Shown in pieces: positions 60,735 to 64,000 of a stretch of DNA of 64,000 bases. A program made the translations under genes and the position numbers. Under the pieces are notes generated by a model, which was given only the letters and a program-made list of their open reading frames with translations, was not told the DNA's origin and did no database searches. Numbering within the stretch: position 1 is the stretch's first letter; each line of letters starts with the position of its first letter. Source of the stretch: Candidatus Cloacimonadales bacterium (GTDB taxonomy: Bacteria; Cloacimonadota; Cloacimonadia; Cloacimonadales; JAFGVF01); contig OY759729.1 in NCBI GenBank assembly GCA_963662585.1, positions 544,001 to 608,000 on the forward strand, written 5' to 3'.

Positions 60735-61651
60735 TAACTGGGGTTACGGACCTTTAGTCCGTGAATCTTAAATTATGGAATGGAAGCGTCCCTGCTTCCA
60801 TCAGGCTGTATTTCAGCCTGCTCTTATCTTTTCTGGCGACACGGAGGTCCCCAGTCCATAGGCCCCTGTTTCCATTAACTGGGGTTACGGACATTTAGTC
60901 CGTGAATCTTAAACTCCCCGCTTTAGTGCTGAAAGCACGCTAAAAGAGGGGTGGCTGCGAAGCAGACGGGGTGTTTTCTTCTATGGAATGGAAGCGTCCC
61001 TGCTTCCATCAGGCTGTATTTCAGCCTGCTCTTATCTTTTCTGGCGACACGGAGGTCCCCAGTCCATAGGCCCCTGCTTCCATTAACTGGGGTTACGGAC
61101 CTTTAGTCCGTGAATCTTAAATTATGGAATGGAAGCGTCCCTGCTTCCATCAGGCTGTATTTCAGCCTGCTCTTATCTTTTCTGGCGACACGGAGGTCCC
61201 CAGTCCATAGGCCCCTGTTTCCATTAACTGGGGTTACGGACCTTTAGTCCGTGAATCTTAAATTATGGAATGGAAGCTTTAGTGCTCTCTCCCTGAAATC
61301 TATTCTCTTTCAGGAAGATTCAGGAAAACAAGTTTTCCTGCTGGCGACGCGGAGGTCCCCAGTCCATAGGTCCCTGCTTCCATCAGGCTGTATTTCAGCC
61401 TGCTCTTATCTTTTCTGGCGACACGGAGGTCCCCAGTCCATAGGCCCCTGCTTCTTACCTTTTCTGGCGACACGGAGGTCCCCAGTCAATAAGCCCCTGT
61501 TTCCATTAACTGGGAATGCGGGCATCTTGCCCGTGACCAGCAGTTAATGCTGGTCTTGAAAGATTTTCCTCCTCAAGGAGGGGGATTTGTTGGGGCGTAT
61601 TGCCATACACCTTCCCAATTAATGCCTGCAGGATGCAGGCGTTCCCAGTTA
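60735..61651. repeat. Large composite REP/REPIN-like array (141-bp units with inserted and nested modules)
   Basis: TAACTGGG starts at 60735, 60876, 61084, 61225, 61507 (spacings 141, 208, 141, 282); each unit contains an 87-bp TATGGA...TCCATA doublet. Confidence 0.93.
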
Positions 61652-61681
61652 TAAGCAGTCTCTTATCTTCTTTATGTAATT

Positions 61682-62581
61682 TTAATTCTGACTACTAATG
61701 AGTTTCTTCTCAACGCTTTTCCATCTTTTATGTACCCAGAACCAAAGTTCAGGATATCTGGTAATATTTTCAGCAAGAGAGTTATTTAGTTTAGTCATTA
61801 CTTCAAAAGCAGTGAGTTGTTCTTCTTGAGGATAGATAATTTTCTCAAATCTAAAGATGTGTTTTCCCTCTTTAGTTCTGATATGATAAGCAGGCATAAT
61901 GGGTAAATTAGCTTTAAGGGCAATTTTTGAGATACCCATAAAGACAGATGCATCATGATTCATAAAATTCATAATCTCACCATTCTTTCTGGCATCTTGA
62001 TCATGAAGAAAGAAAATCATTCTATCATCTTTTATTGCTTTAAGAATGCCTTTTAAAGCTCCCTTTTGATAAATAACATCTAAACCATGTTCTGCTCTAA
62101 ATTTTACGAAATACTCATCAAAAAAGGGATTTCTCTGTTTTTTAGCAATAGCACTAAGTTTGATTTTTCTACTTAGAAGATAATAGCCTAAAATCTCCCA
62201 GTTCCCAAAATGACCAGTTGCAATAAGCACACTCTTACCCAGATTAATAGCTTCTTCTATATTTTCAATACCTTCGATGCTAGCATTATTGACTATTTTA
62301 TCTTTATCTTCTTTAAAAATCTCCAGAATCATTAAGCCATAGTGTTGGTACATTCTTTTGGTATAAGTTAAAACTTCTTGATGAGTAAGGTTTGGTAAGG
62401 CTCTCTTCATTTGGCGAATAACTAAATCTTTTCTAATACCTAGTCTATAACCAATATTAACAGAAACAAAGTTGAGGAAATTCTTAAGACTTTTTTCACT
62501 CATAGTATCAATCAGCCATATCATAAAAGATAAAACTATTTTTTCAATACTATTCTTACGCTCTTTTTTCTTATTTTTCAA
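61682..62581 (-). CDS. Lipid A biosynthesis acyltransferase (LpxL/HtrB family)
   Basis: GHFGNWE, DQD, YPE.WFWVHKRWK motifs. Confidence 0.9.
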   Translation of the reverse strand: MKNKKKERKNSIEKIVLSFMIWLIDTMSEKSLKNFLNFVSVNIGYRLGIRKDLVIRQMKRALPNLTHQEVLTYTKRMYQHYGLMILEIFKEDKDKIVNNASIEGIENIEEAINLGKSVLIATGHFGNWEILGYYLLSRKIKLSAIAKKQRNPFFDEYFVKFRAEHGLDVIYQKGALKGILKAIKDDRMIFFLHDQDARKNGEIMNFMNHDASVFMGISKIALKANLPIMPAYHIRTKEGKHIFRFEKIIYPQEEQLTAFEVMTKLNNSLAENITRYPELWFWVHKRWKSVEKKLISSQN

Positions 62582-63509
62582 AATTAGAATCCTCTACTAT
62601 CGATATAACACTATTTTTAGTATGCTTCCTAGTCTGATTTACTATTAACTCACCTAATAAGCCAATAGAGAAAAATTGAATACCTACTAAAATTAGGAGA
62701 ATTGAGAGGAAGAGTGCAGGTCTATTATAGAGAGGCATCCCCATAGTATATTTCATTATGGAGAGATAGAGTCCGAGAATAGTACCAAAAAATGTAAATA
62801 TTGAACCGATACCACCAAATAGATAAAGAGGAGAACGATTAAATTTAGTAATAACTTTTACAGTGAGTAAATCTAAGAAGCCTCTAAGATAGCGTTCAAT
62901 ACCATATTTTGATTTCCCGTATTCCCGCATCCTGTGATGCACTGGTATTTCTCCGACCTTAAAGCCCTTTGCATCGGCTAGAGCAGGGACATAACGATGC
63001 ATCTCACCGTAGATATCAAGTTCTTTCACTAACTCGCTTGAGTAGGCTTTAAAGCCACAGTTGTAGTCATTAAGCTTCAATTTGAAAGTTCGGGAAGTAA
63101 CCCAGTTGAATAGTTTTGAAGGAAGTCTTTTGTTAATAGGGTCTCTTCTTTTAACTTTCCAACCTGTAACCAAGTCGTAACCCTCTTCCATCTTAGTAAG
63201 AAAGTTCTTGATTTCAATAGGATTATCTTGCAAGTCAGCATCCATAGTGAAGATAACCTGGCCAGTGACTCTTTCAAATCCAACTTGAAGAGCATAAGCT
63301 TTACCAAAATTCTTTCTAAATTTAATAACTTTCACTTTCTCGTCTTTTGTAGATATATTCTTCATTACAGAATAAGTTTTATCAGTGCTTCCATCATCAA
63401 TGAAGATTATCTCATAATCATGGGGTGAACAATTAGCAACAATCTCTTGATAGAGTTGTGGTAAGGATTCTTCTTCATTTAAGGCAGGAATTACAAAAGA
63501 TAATTTCAT
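62571..63509 (-). CDS. GT2 polyprenyl-phosphate glycosyltransferase (ArnC/GtrB-like)
   Basis: VIPALNEE, IDDGSTD, NFGKA, MDADLQD, two C-terminal TM helices. Confidence 0.9.
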   Translation of the reverse strand: MKLSFVIPALNEEESLPQLYQEIVANCSPHDYEIIFIDDGSTDKTYSVMKNISTKDEKVKVIKFRKNFGKAYALQVGFERVTGQVIFTMDADLQDNPIEIKNFLTKMEEGYDLVTGWKVKRRDPINKRLPSKLFNWVTSRTFKLKLNDYNCGFKAYSSELVKELDIYGEMHRYVPALADAKGFKVGEIPVHHRMREYGKSKYGIERYLRGFLDLLTVKVITKFNRSPLYLFGGIGSIFTFFGTILGLYLSIMKYTMGMPLYNRPALFLSILLILVGIQFFSIGLLGELIVNQTRKHTKNSVISIVEDSNFEK

Positions 63510-63517
63510 TTTATCTC

Positions 63518-64000
63518 CTATTTTAAGAAATCAAAAAATACTTTAGTTGAGAGTTTTGCAAAGAGAGCAGGTCTTTTAACAATTAAAGCTTTAAAGATAT
63601 TTAACACATTCATCTTTTCTAAAGAAATATCTCTAATATAATCAAAATATTTATCTAACTTTTCATTGGAAGCACTAGTAATTTTGTTTTTAATAATCTG
63701 CTCAATTTTCTCTTTGTTATTGTTTTGGGAGTGCCATTTTTGGTTATAATTTTGGAGCTTTTTATCGTTTATTCCCTTCTTCTCAAAAGCTTTAGCGATA
63801 GTAGAACCGCATAAGAGTCCAGCAGAAATAGCAGTATCTATGCCTCCCCCGCTAATAGCGTTGGTTTGATAAGCAGCATCTCCGACAAGCATTACTCTGT
63901 CTTTAACAAGAATAGAATTAGTCTGTGTAACAGGAACTCCTCCACAAGTAAATCTAAGTGAATTAGCTTGAGGGAAATTCTCCTTTATATAATCATCAAG
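63518..64000 (-). CDS. Geranylgeranyl reductase-family flavoprotein (3' part; runs off window)
   Basis: Frame stays open to 64000: ...FTCGGVPV...VMLVGDAAYQTNAISGGGI..AI.AG. Confidence 0.75.
   Translation of the reverse strand, partial: LDDYIKENFPQANSLRFTCGGVPVTQTNSILVKDRVMLVGDAAYQTNAISGGGIDTAISAGLLCGSTIAKAFEKKGINDKKLQNYNQKWHSQNNNKEKIEQIIKNKITSASNEKLDKYFDYIRDISLEKMNVLNIFKALIVKRPALFAKLSTKVFFDFLK

Noticed and set aside
57357..63428. Short ORFs at 57357, 60155, 63077, 63228
   Set aside because: Antisense or out-of-frame within the permease, adaptor and GT2 genes.

Overview
AT-rich bacterial chromosomal window. The organism is inferred to be an anaerobic diderm of the FCB group, probably Cloacimonadota-like, from four secreted proteins with YPNPFNP/FlgD-Ig C-terminal sorting domains, a class III RNR and a lipid A acyltransferase. 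Housekeeping content: gyrBA, sdaA, secDF, an aro operon lacking aroK, tpiA, serS, gcvPA/PB, lemA-TPM, nrdD, a MacAB-like exporter and envelope genes. Notable accessory features: (1) a two-module NRPS of unusual order A-T-C-formyltransferase-A-T-TE, whose TE has a Cys nucleophile (GWCYG), clustered with an Sfp-type PPTase and two orphan histidine kinases; (2) eight intergenic clusters built from a shared kit of GC-rich hairpin modules (REP/REPIN-like) that are tandemly amplified, shuffled and nested, with no transposase in the window; (3) an unannotated ~165-nt rod-shaped RNA with strand-specific G-U pairs (6S-like) upstream of yitT; (4) a TetR gene with matching palindromic operators in front of itself and the adjacent secreted-protein gene; (5) GLUG-type surface proteins with an inserted CBM-like module or mosaic repeats. 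All calls come from motif reading by eye; no searches were run.
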